From: Candidatus Saccharimonadota bacterium | Lineage (GTDB): Bacteria > Patescibacteriota > Saccharimonadia > Saccharimonadales > JACDBH01 | Direction: 5' to 3' | Assembly (NCBI GenBank): GCA_028289135.1 | Contig: JAQGGW010000001.1 | Coordinates: 76,018-140,017 of the forward strand | Length of the DNA stretch: 64,000 nt | Shown: positions 55,101-61,582 of the stretch, one piece after another | Position numbering within the stretch: the first letter of the stretch is position 1 | How the letters are laid out: the number at the start of each line of letters is the position of its first letter | Translations under genes and position numbers: made by a program | The notes under the pieces: model-generated | The model's input: only the letters and a program-made list of their open reading frames with translations | Database searches by the model: none | What the model was told of the DNA's origin: nothing

Positions 55101-55737
55101 ATCCGCCAACCCGCATAGTTAGATAGAGCTGCTGAGACCAGTCGATGGTGGATGGGAAGGCTACACCACCATTGTTAACGTCGCCTAGGACTACGCTAAA
55201 ATAACCATTAGTTACCCTAACGCGATAGTCATTACCTGATCCAATTGGAGCGGCACCGTCTGTATCATAGCGGACTTCTGTCCATTGGCAGTTTGCGTCA
55301 CCCGTACATGAACCCTGGGAGGAACCAGTGGAGGATGGATCATTATAAAGTTTAAACTCAATGTTGTAGTAGCCGTCCGCTACCAAAGAGCCAGTATTGC
55401 TTAGCAGCCGGCCTTGGAAGTTTAGGGTTTTGCCGGTGATGGCTAGGGCGCTAGCGGGCTGTGGGTTAGTTTTCAGAACACTAAATAGCACGATGGTTGG
55501 ACCCAGCAGAAGGGCTACTACGAGAATAGCCTTTTTGCTCGCCAGCGTGCTAATTATTGATCTGAAAATTCTTACCAAATCAAAAACCCCCCGTGGATCA
55601 TCATTATTAGGGGTGCGCTTAACAGACTGCTGATTTAAATCAGCAGGGCTGTGTTTAACAGATGACTGAATTGGCTCAGTATCTGATGGCGTCCTTAATA
55701 ATGACGTTCCACGGGGGGTCCAGCCCGGTTGAATCAT
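46126..55737 (-). CDS. Giant surface protein C (3203 aa): LNFQGRL domain, 'TSPDGxxW' propellers, FG-GAP repeats, further propeller, peptidase-G2/intramolecular-chaperone-like domain
   Basis: About 17 W.SV.YGNG.FVAV...MTSPDG..WT repeats in three blocks; GDFNxDG repeats; DLAEDY...VGVYST.P...VALAGRVPVKV...G.I.AGD. Confidence 0.88.
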   Translation of the reverse strand: MIQPGWTPRGTSLLRTPSDTEPIQSSVKHSPADLNQQSVKRTPNNDDPRGVFDLVRIFRSIISTLASKKAILVVALLLGPTIVLFSVLKTNPQPASALAITGKTLNFQGRLLSNTGSLVADGYYNIEFKLYNDPSSTGSSQGSCTGDANCQWTEVRYDTDGAAPIGSGNDYRVRVTNGYFSVVLGDVNNGGVAFPSTIDWSQQLYLTMRVGGSTQTASPTWDTEMTPRIQTTAVPLAFMANNVNSGNTYAASTNSNDVTVQSGNATGTTSNSGNVGIDAGTATGTKGSISIGIANAAAITIGRSGLTTVNAGALQVGGNLTIGNALTSVTPVGYTLQSTGGLGSNIAGAAFTLAGGQGTGTGVGGNLVFQTAKAGTTGSSLNTLQTILTLSGTNGSASFQNSVDSTSAFQVQNAAGVPVLKVGTTNLKVTTIGDSYIDSKAWTIRASAGDDTWNSVAYGNGIYVAVSSTSGTGNEVMTSPDGITWTMRTSSTSAVWNSVTYGNGLFVAVSSTAGTGNEVMTSPDGITWTARTSSLSASWNSVTYGNNVFVAVSQTAGTGNEIMTSPDGTTWTTRTSSVSASWKSVTYGNGLFVAVSSTAGTGNEIMTSPDGTTWTTRTSASSSTWSSVTYGNSLYVAVSAAGSVMTSPDGTTWTSRTAASANNWRSVTYGSGLYVAVSTTGTSTRVMTSPDGTTWTTRTDPVDNSWNGVGYGNGVFIAVGSGGVGNNVMTAYLADSAVTDSTTAFQIQGSKGSALTLDVLNSRLEVVGDIVSKGTSWTVRTSAADNSWSSVAYGNGIFVAVASTGTGNRVMTSPDGIIWTIRTSAADNSWSSVTYGNGLFVAVAYSGTGNRVMTSPDGVNWTIRTSAADNAWNGITYANGLFVAAACGISSTFCNNTAGNRIMTSPDGITWTSRTSSANNMWDGITYGNGLFVTVASDGSITNSVMTSPDGINWTTRTAPNTNDWESITYGNGLFVAISEFGISGARVMTSPDGITWTIRSNTVNNAWSSVAYGNGTFVSVSVDGTGNHAMTSGKQDYIAVSNNNKYQGGLTVNGSSTFTSDLNSSTAFQVQNSAGTNVLSVDTSNSRLEVVGDIISKGTSWTSRTGAANLIWNSITYGNGLYVAVASSGTGNRVMTSPDGINWTARTSAADNKWNSVVYGNGLFVAVSNDGTGNRVMTSPDGITWTIRTSAADNDWMSVTYGNGLFVAVACGVGGTTCDANAGNRVMTSPDGINWTLRVSTANVSWYSVTYGNGVFVAVSYFNTAAMSSPDGITWTARTLPSVDYWDSITYGNGLFVAVALGPTTSDVATSPDGITWTSRTTPTNGWNSVTYGNGLFVAVTSTGTGNRVMTSPDGINWTSRISASDDSWHGVVYGNGMFVAIGTISVTNNVMTSGKQDYIPVSNNNNYQGGLTVHGSNLFQSDANSVSAFQIQNSSGTSLLNVDSTNNKLTVATDIIATGASTATTGTTSATPATNTTTVILTAAGSFANNDIIFIDNTSGQDYYTRIVSGGGTTTLTVSPAVSYLASATVTKYTAQSIGATSTDYTTLNNRFFQGYFTGGIVTGAGSTVYSDGRVQSSNTLNINAVGVTIQNTADSTSSLLVQNSSGSNVLNVDTTSNSLSVGSTASIGLFKSKADYTTGSAPGYAAVGDFNKDGYSDMVVSNFSSNTVSIFMGAVNGTFAAKVDYTTGSSPTGIVTGDFNNDGKLDFAVVNSGSATFSIFINSALGSAQFGASAPTATTKVDYTTVALPFGIVATDLNNDGKLDIAVASAQTTSNVSIFLNSGLGSGQFGAGAPTANPVRVDYSAGSTPKSIAAADFNSDGKVDLVTSNSAATTVSILFNTSSGAGLFGASPPAVSVSTTGTVGTTPLAVAVGDFNKDGKPDIAAVNYGSATVSILLNTTGVAFATKVDYATGTNPKGVVVGDFNKDGLLDMAVTNMDTSTLSTYLNTGSGVFASKVDYTKGTSSGTAPQFGIAADFNNDGNIDLASTNNGGNTISVLLNAELGFAPTSSPTLNIFNNSINDSLSISGQGAKQLVRVDGQGNTTIGGNTANLFDAKTDSPVMSQANSVAAGDFNKDGIQDIIVAMNNGYVGLLFGNGIGGYGNESDTNVCGGGNAKSVVVADFNRDGYLDAAATCGTVTVTVLINNGTGTFATGSYTISGSGSYIYLAAGDFNGDGKVDLAVPQYSSGAVVSVLINSGLGTGQFSATTTPTTQVDYTTGANPEGITTGDFNADGKLDMAITNAGGTVVSVYLNTGAGSGQFGASPPAAASKTDYTVGTQPTYVQSADLNKDGKLDLVIANNTNQIGVLINTGSSFAAEVNYTVANSAFIDSFRIGDLDKDGNLDVITANDSSNTVSVLLGTSTGTFGANTDYATGTRTQDVAIIDLDGDGDLDVISANLLGSSISVLSNTSLSNKRLSVLNTLGTASLFSVSNNGLTVNTTQTNNGNLVVGGQADVSPAAVTLVGTAGTFGSDTSVAGAFSSAVYNGKLYISTKKTDGSAIYRGDGKTWSKVTDSTSGKIISGDTANIDASVLSVYNGKLYAGTQTGTTTGAVYAYDGTTWTLQLATRGTFGSDASVEGVSSMAVYGTKFYLVTRGTDNAGIYRYDGSTTWTRLNTTLGKGLAEATADIDGGPLVVYGGYLWWGTITGSTTARIYRLDSSSGTLVMTLWNTTPGQLQAGITAIPDITTMQVWNGWLWVGTGATNLAEVYVMQGSTGAAGASPFGTTSSIRGRVDSVNDATDIDAITAIQVYNGRMYVATKTVAGDAGAVYEYITGGGAGGQPYVKAYTAARGTFGSQTAVDQVDTLIAYGNSLYIGTEEGTTGAVYTYTKTVQNSFALQFATDTSNSPAAAISYVGNTQADSNRSSAGSFLFSSNINTTSGSYDLAEDYPTRDDTLAAGDIVSISPSEEKFVQKGDAASAKAIVGVYSTNPALRLSQSDATIDGARAVPVALAGRVPVKVSAENGPIVAGDPITISPTQPGVGVKAISNGRIVGMSMGSFSGDGTGSVTVFINPSFYNVQTSGIAQGMTINGSFIDLNTSGLATIDTLVVNNEARIVTLKVSGNAEFGGDIKVVAPVNTRAATIRKFIASEPIEPGKVVILDENNDGGVLVSTQDDDTRIIGVAVTQAIHKGDEIEVAVGGAVQVSVTNTIPLIKPGSLVVSSSSGSVITVQSPQPGSILGKSTAKTDANNRMWILITLD

Positions 55738-55765
55738 CTAACTTCCTTTGTTTGAATGTTGGTTT

Positions 55766-56082
55766 TTGTTTCTTTTGCGAGAAACAAGCTTCGTAGTCCA
55801 CCAGCTAATAAATATTTGTTTTAATTTTATTTATTATTTTAGACTATCCAACCTATGGTATACGCTTTTCTACCCGCCAACAAGGTACTTTCTCATCAAA
55901 TATGTATTCGGTTTTGTGTCTAAAACTTGACTAAATAATCCTAATTTTCGTAGTCTTTCATACAACGTTTATTGCACTCTAAAGGGTTATGCTTAACACA
56001 CCTAATCAAAACCTAAGCATTTTTAATTAAATTTCGTAGCATTTGTAACAACGGGTAAAATATTCTTAAAAAGTTTTCCACA
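55766..56082 (-). promoter_or_regulatory. Conserved upstream module of giant gene C
   Basis: Hairpins 55766-55787 and 55794-55846; -10 TACCAT 55855-55860; sites 55950-55966 and 56036-56052; TTTTCCACA 56074-56082. Confidence 0.75.
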
Positions 56083-56110
56083 GCCGTATTTATCCAAAAA
56101 TGCTGGAACA

Positions 56111-56140
56111 ATAAAAAACGCCCCTTTTGGAGCGTTTTAT
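56111..56140 (-). terminator. Intrinsic terminator after rplU
   Basis: On +: AAAAAACGCCCC-TTTT-GGAGCGTTTT; reads as stem plus U tract on the minus strand. Confidence 0.75.
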
Positions 56141-56163
56141 TAAATACGGTAATGAGCCTATGT

Positions 56164-56466
56164 TTAGGCTATCTTGCTGATCTTAATCTGGGTCAGGTGC
56201 TGCTTGTGGCCGGTAACCTTTTTAACGCGCTTCTTGGCTTTGTAGCGGATTGAGGTAACTTTCTCGGCGCGGACTTGGGCTACAACTTCAGCAGTAACAG
56301 ATGCGCCGGCAACGGTTGGAGCGCCAACAGTAACTTTGTCGCCATCAATGACCAACAGCGCGTCAAACTTAACAGTTTTTTCGTCTTTAAGCGTCTCAAC
56401 TTCCAAAGTTTCGCCTTCTGATACAAGATATTGGTGACCACCAGTGGTGATAATTGCTTTTTTCAT
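56164..56466 (-). CDS. rplU: 50S ribosomal protein L21
   Basis: AIITTGGHQY.VSEG, VGAPTV.GA.V, YKAKK...GHKQ..T.IKI. Confidence 0.95.
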   Translation of the reverse strand: MKKAIITTGGHQYLVSEGETLEVETLKDEKTVKFDALLVIDGDKVTVGAPTVAGASVTAEVVAQVRAEKVTSIRYKAKKRVKKVTGHKQHLTQIKISKIA

Positions 56467-56588
56467 CTGTTAGTTCTCTTAATTAGTGAATAGACTCGTA
56501 CAATCTTATCAGATTGAGCCCAGATAAGCAAGTGGTTAAACGGCACCTACCACTGGAATACTGCCTTGTAGTAGGATATTATCTAGGT

Positions 56589-57464
56589 ATGGAACCACAA
56601 AAACAGAGTTTTGACGTGCAGCCTCCTTCGCATCCGTCACCGCATTCGGGCCAGCCTGTGCGTACGCAGCAGCATCCTCAGCAGCCGCAACATCAACAGG
56701 GGCAGCAACACCCGCAAAACCGCCCTACGCAGCAGCACCAACAAATCCGCCCTACGCAGCAGCACCAACCCCAGCAAATCCACCACAATCAGCACCCTGC
56801 GCAACAGATACAAAAGTCACAGCACGTCCCGCACAACCCCGGTCCGCTTAATATGCAGGCGGCATACCAGACTCCCGCCCACATAGCCCAGCAGCAAGCC
56901 CAACAAGCACAAGAAAAAGCCGCACAGCAACCAGCCCAAGAAGTTAAAAAGGCCAAAAACCCCGCCCGCAAGTGGCTACAAATTAGCGCTGGCGGCCTGG
57001 CCATCTGCGCCCTTGCCCTCGGGATTCATTTTCTAGCAGGTGGCGGCGGCAACCCAAACCCACTGCCTAAAAAAGTCCTGGCCCAGGTATTTGGATTTAC
57101 CCCTTATTATTTCAACAAAGACACCCCGCCCGACCACCTCAAACTCGACCTTGCCAGCCCCAAGTTCATCGGCAACGCACTAAACTTCACTATGCTCGAC
57201 CCCAAATCAGAAAAGATCACAGTAACGCAAACAACCCTGCCAGCCAGTGGTTTTAAGAAATTAGCCGGCGATACCGCCGCTACGCCGCTTGGCGAAGCCA
57301 CCATCAAGGTAGGCGGCGGACACATCGAAGCCGAACTTGTTACCCCTGACAAAACCCTCGTTACCCTTAAAGCCACCGATTTTGTCAGCTCCGGCACACT
57401 AATCGACATCTTAGGCAACATGAAGGCCGCGCCCAAGGGTGCAGCCGCCCTCCAGCAGCAGTAA
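56589..57464 (+). CDS. Single-TM protein with Q/P/H-rich N-terminus, 'FPvYYP' family, paralog 3
   Basis: Likely ATG 56589 (MEPQKQ); low-complexity Q/H/P tract, TM, NPLPKKVLAQVFGFTPYYF. Confidence 0.72.
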   Translation: MEPQKQSFDVQPPSHPSPHSGQPVRTQQHPQQPQHQQGQQHPQNRPTQQHQQIRPTQQHQPQQIHHNQHPAQQIQKSQHVPHNPGPLNMQAAYQTPAHIAQQQAQQAQEKAAQQPAQEVKKAKNPARKWLQISAGGLAICALALGIHFLAGGGGNPNPLPKKVLAQVFGFTPYYFNKDTPPDHLKLDLASPKFIGNALNFTMLDPKSEKITVTQTTLPASGFKKLAGDTAATPLGEATIKVGGGHIEAELVTPDKTLVTLKATDFVSSGTLIDILGNMKAAPKGAAALQQQ

Positions 57465-57484
57465 TTTCCCTGTTTTAAGGTGTT

Positions 57485-60427
57485 TTACGCCTTTTCAATC
57501 CCAACAGAGACAACTTCGCCCTCAACCTTTGTGTCGAGCAGGTGCTTATAGGCCTGTGGGGTCACCACGAGCCCTGTAGCCAGTGTTTCTGCCATAATAG
57601 CGTCTTTGTGCTCCGCAATTGCCGCTTTCAGTTCTACGGCCTCTGTAACCAGCATAAGCTTAATCCGGTCATCCACCTGTAAATCAGCCTTTTTTCTAGC
57701 TGATTGAACCACGCGGACAATCTCACGCATCAGGCCTTCGCTTTTGAGGGCCGGGGTTAACTTTTTATCAATGTTTACACCCGTCGTACCATTTTGGGTT
57801 GCAAAGTTAGTTACCCGCTTTACGTTCACTTCTTCCTTGATGATTTCCTCAAGCTCCTCACGAAGCTTAACGCCTTTGTACTCCAAGCTAGCAAGCGGCT
57901 GCCGGACCTTAATCGAATCTTCCGTTTCACTCTTTTGCATACGTAGCCCCAGCCCGGTCTCAATTATCTGGCGCGCTTCTTTCATTTGTCCCAACAAAAG
58001 CTCATCAACATGCCCAGCCTCTGGCCAGTCCAAAAGATGCACCGATTCTTCCCCTGTTAAACTGCGGTAAAGCTCCTCGGCCAAAAACGGCGTAAACGGT
58101 GCCATAACCTTGCTCAGCTGCGTCAAAACATAGTGCAAAGTCCTGTAAGCATTGGCTTTGTCGCCATCATCTTCACTTTTCCAGAACCGCTTTCGGCTGC
58201 GGCGGACATACCAGTTCGAAGCATCCTCAATAAACTCCAAAATCGGCTTGGCAGCATTCGGGATGTCATAGGCCTGCATGTGCGTATCCACTTCGGTAAT
58301 CAACTGGTGCACGCGGCTAAGCACCCACACATCCAACGGGTTTTGGCAGTCGGCAGATGGGTCTGCTAAGTCTCCCTTAAATTCCCAGCCATCAACAGAT
58401 GCGTACAGCGTAAAAAAGTCGTACATGTTCCAGACCATCGCCAGCTTGCGGTTAACATCAGACACGTCTTTGTCTTTCAGGCTAAAATCTTCACCATTTA
58501 ACAGAGGTGAACTTAAGAAAAGAAACCGAAGCGCATCGGCGCTAAATTCGTCCATCAAAAGGTTCGGATCGGTGTAGTTGCCTAAACTCTTGCTCATCTT
58601 GCGGCCGTCATTCCCGGCCAGCGTTCCGGTCGTAATAACGTTCTTAAACGCGGCTTTATCAAACAAGCCAACATTTACAACGTGAAGGTAATAAAACCAG
58701 GCGCGTACCTGGCCAACATACTCAGAAATAAAATCACCAGGGAAATTATTCTCAAACTTTTCTTTGTTTTCAAACGGATAATGGAACTGCGCGAACGGCA
58801 TGCTGCCAGATTCAAACCAGCCGTCTAAGACCTTTTCGATCCGCTTATAATGCACGCCGTCTTTATCAAATTCAATCCCATCTACCCATGGGCGGTGGTA
58901 ATCTTCTAGCTCTTTGCCGCTTAACTCTTTTAGCTCGGCGTAGCTGCCCACGACAATCTGTTGCTTCTTGCCATGCTTGTCCAGGCCTTCCCACACGGGC
59001 ATAGCAGTAGCCCAAAAACGGTCACGGCTCAGGTTCCAGTCTGGCGCCGCTTCAATATTCTTTTGGAAACGGCCATGTTTTAAGTGTTCTGGGAACCAGT
59101 TTATATCCTCAGAGTTACGGGCAAACATCTCTTCTTTTTGGTCTTCAACATCAAAAAACCACGATGGCACCGCCCGGTACATAATGCGCTGTTTGCTTCG
59201 CGGATTAAACGGATATTCGTGTTGGATATATTCGATCTTCCAAACAATGCCGCGCTCCAACAAATCTTTGGCAATAAGCTTGTTTGACGACCACACCTCC
59301 ATGCCAGCGTAGTGCGGGACTTCCGGATAATATATGCCGTTTTCATCCAAAGCTTCAACAACACGGATCTTCTTTTGCTTAGCAAGCTCAAAGTCCTCTT
59401 CGCCATAAGCCGGAGCCAAATGTACGATGCCGGTACCGGATTCTGCCGACACATAATCGGCCGCGACTACTTCATAGTCAATACTCTCCGAGTCGTGCAT
59501 AAAAATAGTGTGTGCCATGCGGTAGTCTTTATCAGCAAATAATGGTTCGTATTTTAGGCCAACTAACTCCTTGCCCGAAAAGGTTTTGAGAATTTTATAA
59601 TCTAGAGCCGCGTGTTTTTCATCTGTAAATACTTTTTCAACCAGCTCTTTAGCAACAATTAGTTGTTCACCAGCACATGCAACCAGCGCATATTCCATTG
59701 TTTCATTAACAGCCGCGGCAGTATTGCCAGGCAGCGTCCAGGGTGTGGTTGTCCAAGCCAGCAAAATACGGCCATCTACCAATTTAAACTTCACATAGAC
59801 GCTTGGGTCAGTAACCGTTTGGTAGGCGTCGTTGTCCATTGTTACTTCGTTCTTTGAAACAGGGGTCGCGAACTTGGTGTCATACATCAGCACTTTGTAG
59901 CCTTCGTAAATTTTGCCTTTTTCGTGCAGTGTTTTAAACGCCCACCAGATAGATTCCATGTAGTTTTTGTCCATGGTTTTGTACGCGCCACGGAAGTCGA
60001 CCCAGCGGCCAATCCTGTCAATATAGCTTTCCCACGTCTCGCTGTTTGCGACCATAGAATCACGGGCAGTAATAATGTAATCTTCTAGGCTAATCTTGGT
60101 GCCAATATCACGGCGGTCGGTAATACCCAGCTGCTTTTCAACGAAGTTTTCGGCCGGCAAACCGTGGCTGTCCCAGCCCCACACCCGCTCCACGCGCTTG
60201 CCCTTCATCGTCCAATACCGTGGCACCGCGTCTTTAATGATCGAGCTTAAAAGCGTTCCATGGTGCGGCACACCGGTAATAAAAGGCGGCCCATCATAAA
60301 ATACATAAGCGTTGTCAGCTGGCCGCGCAGCAATAGACTTCTCAAACGTCTGGTTTTCTTTCCAATACGTTACGAGGTCATTTTCATACTCAATCGCCTT
60401 GCGCCGTGTGCCTGCTTTAAACTTCAT
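57485..60427 (-). CDS. ileS: Isoleucyl-tRNA synthetase (type 2-like)
   Basis: FYDGPPF, GWDSHGLP, WTTTPWT, GTGIVHLAP, DWNLSRDRFW, KMSKS, SNWYVRRSR.RFW; Ile T-box upstream. Confidence 0.95.
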   Translation of the reverse strand: MKFKAGTRRKAIEYENDLVTYWKENQTFEKSIAARPADNAYVFYDGPPFITGVPHHGTLLSSIIKDAVPRYWTMKGKRVERVWGWDSHGLPAENFVEKQLGITDRRDIGTKISLEDYIITARDSMVANSETWESYIDRIGRWVDFRGAYKTMDKNYMESIWWAFKTLHEKGKIYEGYKVLMYDTKFATPVSKNEVTMDNDAYQTVTDPSVYVKFKLVDGRILLAWTTTPWTLPGNTAAAVNETMEYALVACAGEQLIVAKELVEKVFTDEKHAALDYKILKTFSGKELVGLKYEPLFADKDYRMAHTIFMHDSESIDYEVVAADYVSAESGTGIVHLAPAYGEEDFELAKQKKIRVVEALDENGIYYPEVPHYAGMEVWSSNKLIAKDLLERGIVWKIEYIQHEYPFNPRSKQRIMYRAVPSWFFDVEDQKEEMFARNSEDINWFPEHLKHGRFQKNIEAAPDWNLSRDRFWATAMPVWEGLDKHGKKQQIVVGSYAELKELSGKELEDYHRPWVDGIEFDKDGVHYKRIEKVLDGWFESGSMPFAQFHYPFENKEKFENNFPGDFISEYVGQVRAWFYYLHVVNVGLFDKAAFKNVITTGTLAGNDGRKMSKSLGNYTDPNLLMDEFSADALRFLFLSSPLLNGEDFSLKDKDVSDVNRKLAMVWNMYDFFTLYASVDGWEFKGDLADPSADCQNPLDVWVLSRVHQLITEVDTHMQAYDIPNAAKPILEFIEDASNWYVRRSRKRFWKSEDDGDKANAYRTLHYVLTQLSKVMAPFTPFLAEELYRSLTGEESVHLLDWPEAGHVDELLLGQMKEARQIIETGLGLRMQKSETEDSIKVRQPLASLEYKGVKLREELEEIIKEEVNVKRVTNFATQNGTTGVNIDKKLTPALKSEGLMREIVRVVQSARKKADLQVDDRIKLMLVTEAVELKAAIAEHKDAIMAETLATGLVVTPQAYKHLLDTKVEGEVVSVGIEKA

Positions 60428-61020
60428 AATCCTAACTCCTTAACTTTTTCTACTACTAATTTAGCTATTTTTTGATGATCCGCCTCTGTAAAATGCAATT
60501 TGTCCCCTGCCAACTCCATACTGTTTAAAATAATAACCGGGTAGCCAGATGCCTCAAGCTTTTGAATCAACTCCTGCCGGACCGCTTCATCGGCGTCGTA
60601 ATAATTTTTGTCCGCATCAAAGTTTGCCGGAGTAACATACATAATCTTCGGTACTACTACGTAGTTTCTGCCTTTTAACTCCTCAGTTTTAGCCACGTAC
60701 CACATCAGGTTACTAAATATATCCTCTGCGCTCTGGCCGTACTTTGTCTTAAGATCATTAGCCCCAAGCCCAATAATCACCAAATCCACTGGCGCTGCCG
60801 AACGGTAAATCACCTCAAAAGAATCTTTACCATTTTTAGCAGGATCATCGTGCTCAAAACTGCCCGCTACCCGCCCGCCAAGACCTTCTTGGACTACATA
60901 AAAATCATCGCCCAACAATTTTTTAAGGATATGCGGCCACTGTTGCTCGTGAGGCATGCGTGCGCCCTGGCCCTGAGAGCCCCAGGTATTTGAATCGCCG
61001 TAACAAAGTATAGTTTTCAC
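60424..61020 (-). CDS. SGNH/GDSL hydrolase
   Basis: ILCYGDSNTWG, EGLGGR, LGAND, DKLH. Confidence 0.9.
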   Translation of the reverse strand: MKTILCYGDSNTWGSQGQGARMPHEQQWPHILKKLLGDDFYVVQEGLGGRVAGSFEHDDPAKNGKDSFEVIYRSAAPVDLVIIGLGANDLKTKYGQSAEDIFSNLMWYVAKTEELKGRNYVVVPKIMYVTPANFDADKNYYDADEAVRQELIQKLEASGYPVIILNSMELAGDKLHFTEADHQKIAKLVVEKVKELGL

Positions 61021-61568
61021 TGTTTATCCCCTTTTCGGCTCATTTTAATGTGCGGGATATTGCCATAAACTGTCTTTCTCTCATCACCTACTACGGCAAA
61101 GCCAACCTTCTGATAAAATCTCTTGGCCCGCTCATTTTCTTCGGCGACCCACAAATAAAGCGGTCGTTCTGCATCAGACCAAGCAATAATCTGATCCATC
61201 AAGCTGTCTGCAATGCCCTCACCTTGGTGGTCTTTGTCGACATATACAGCGCCGACCCGCTGCAAACCTTCTTCGTCAGCACGCCACGGGCGGGCCATTC
61301 CAATAACTTGGCCATCGTTATCTTTGGCCACAAACCATACTTTTTCAGCAGTATCTATATCTTCAACCGTGGCCTCTCTTACAGCTTGCAATGCAGCTTC
61401 GGAGTTATACCTTTCTACCCACGCATCCCGCTCAGCCGGATCCATACCATAGACTTCGCTCCCAACTGATTCGAGCCAAACTCTGGTATACAAAGCCGTC
61501 ATAGACTCAACGTCTTGTGGTTGTAAGCGCTCAACGATGTAGCCTTGATTTAGTTGTTGTTCCGCCAT
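61017..61568 (-). CDS. GNAT N-acetyltransferase
   Basis: VYVDKDHQGEGIA, LWVAEENERAKRFYQKVGF. Confidence 0.9.
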   Translation of the reverse strand: MAEQQLNQGYIVERLQPQDVESMTALYTRVWLESVGSEVYGMDPAERDAWVERYNSEAALQAVREATVEDIDTAEKVWFVAKDNDGQVIGMARPWRADEEGLQRVGAVYVDKDHQGEGIADSLMDQIIAWSDAERPLYLWVAEENERAKRFYQKVGFAVVGDERKTVYGNIPHIKMSRKGDKQ

Positions 61569-61582
61569 GTGCTTTATTCCTT

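Noticed and set aside
23219..55633. Many 60-230 aa antisense or alternate-frame ORFs inside the giant genes
   Set aside because: Shadows of low-complexity G/S/T/A codon usage with no motifs or starts.
22869..55737. Prophage or diversity-generating retroelement
   Set aside because: No integrase, terminase, capsid, reverse transcriptase or TR/VR pair seen; phage-like motifs lie within signal-bearing cellular proteins.
31840..56082. DnaA boxes as a replication origin (parAB are in the window)
   Set aside because: The boxes are single, 10-14 kb apart and each tied to a giant-gene promoter; no box cluster and no dnaA/dnaN here.
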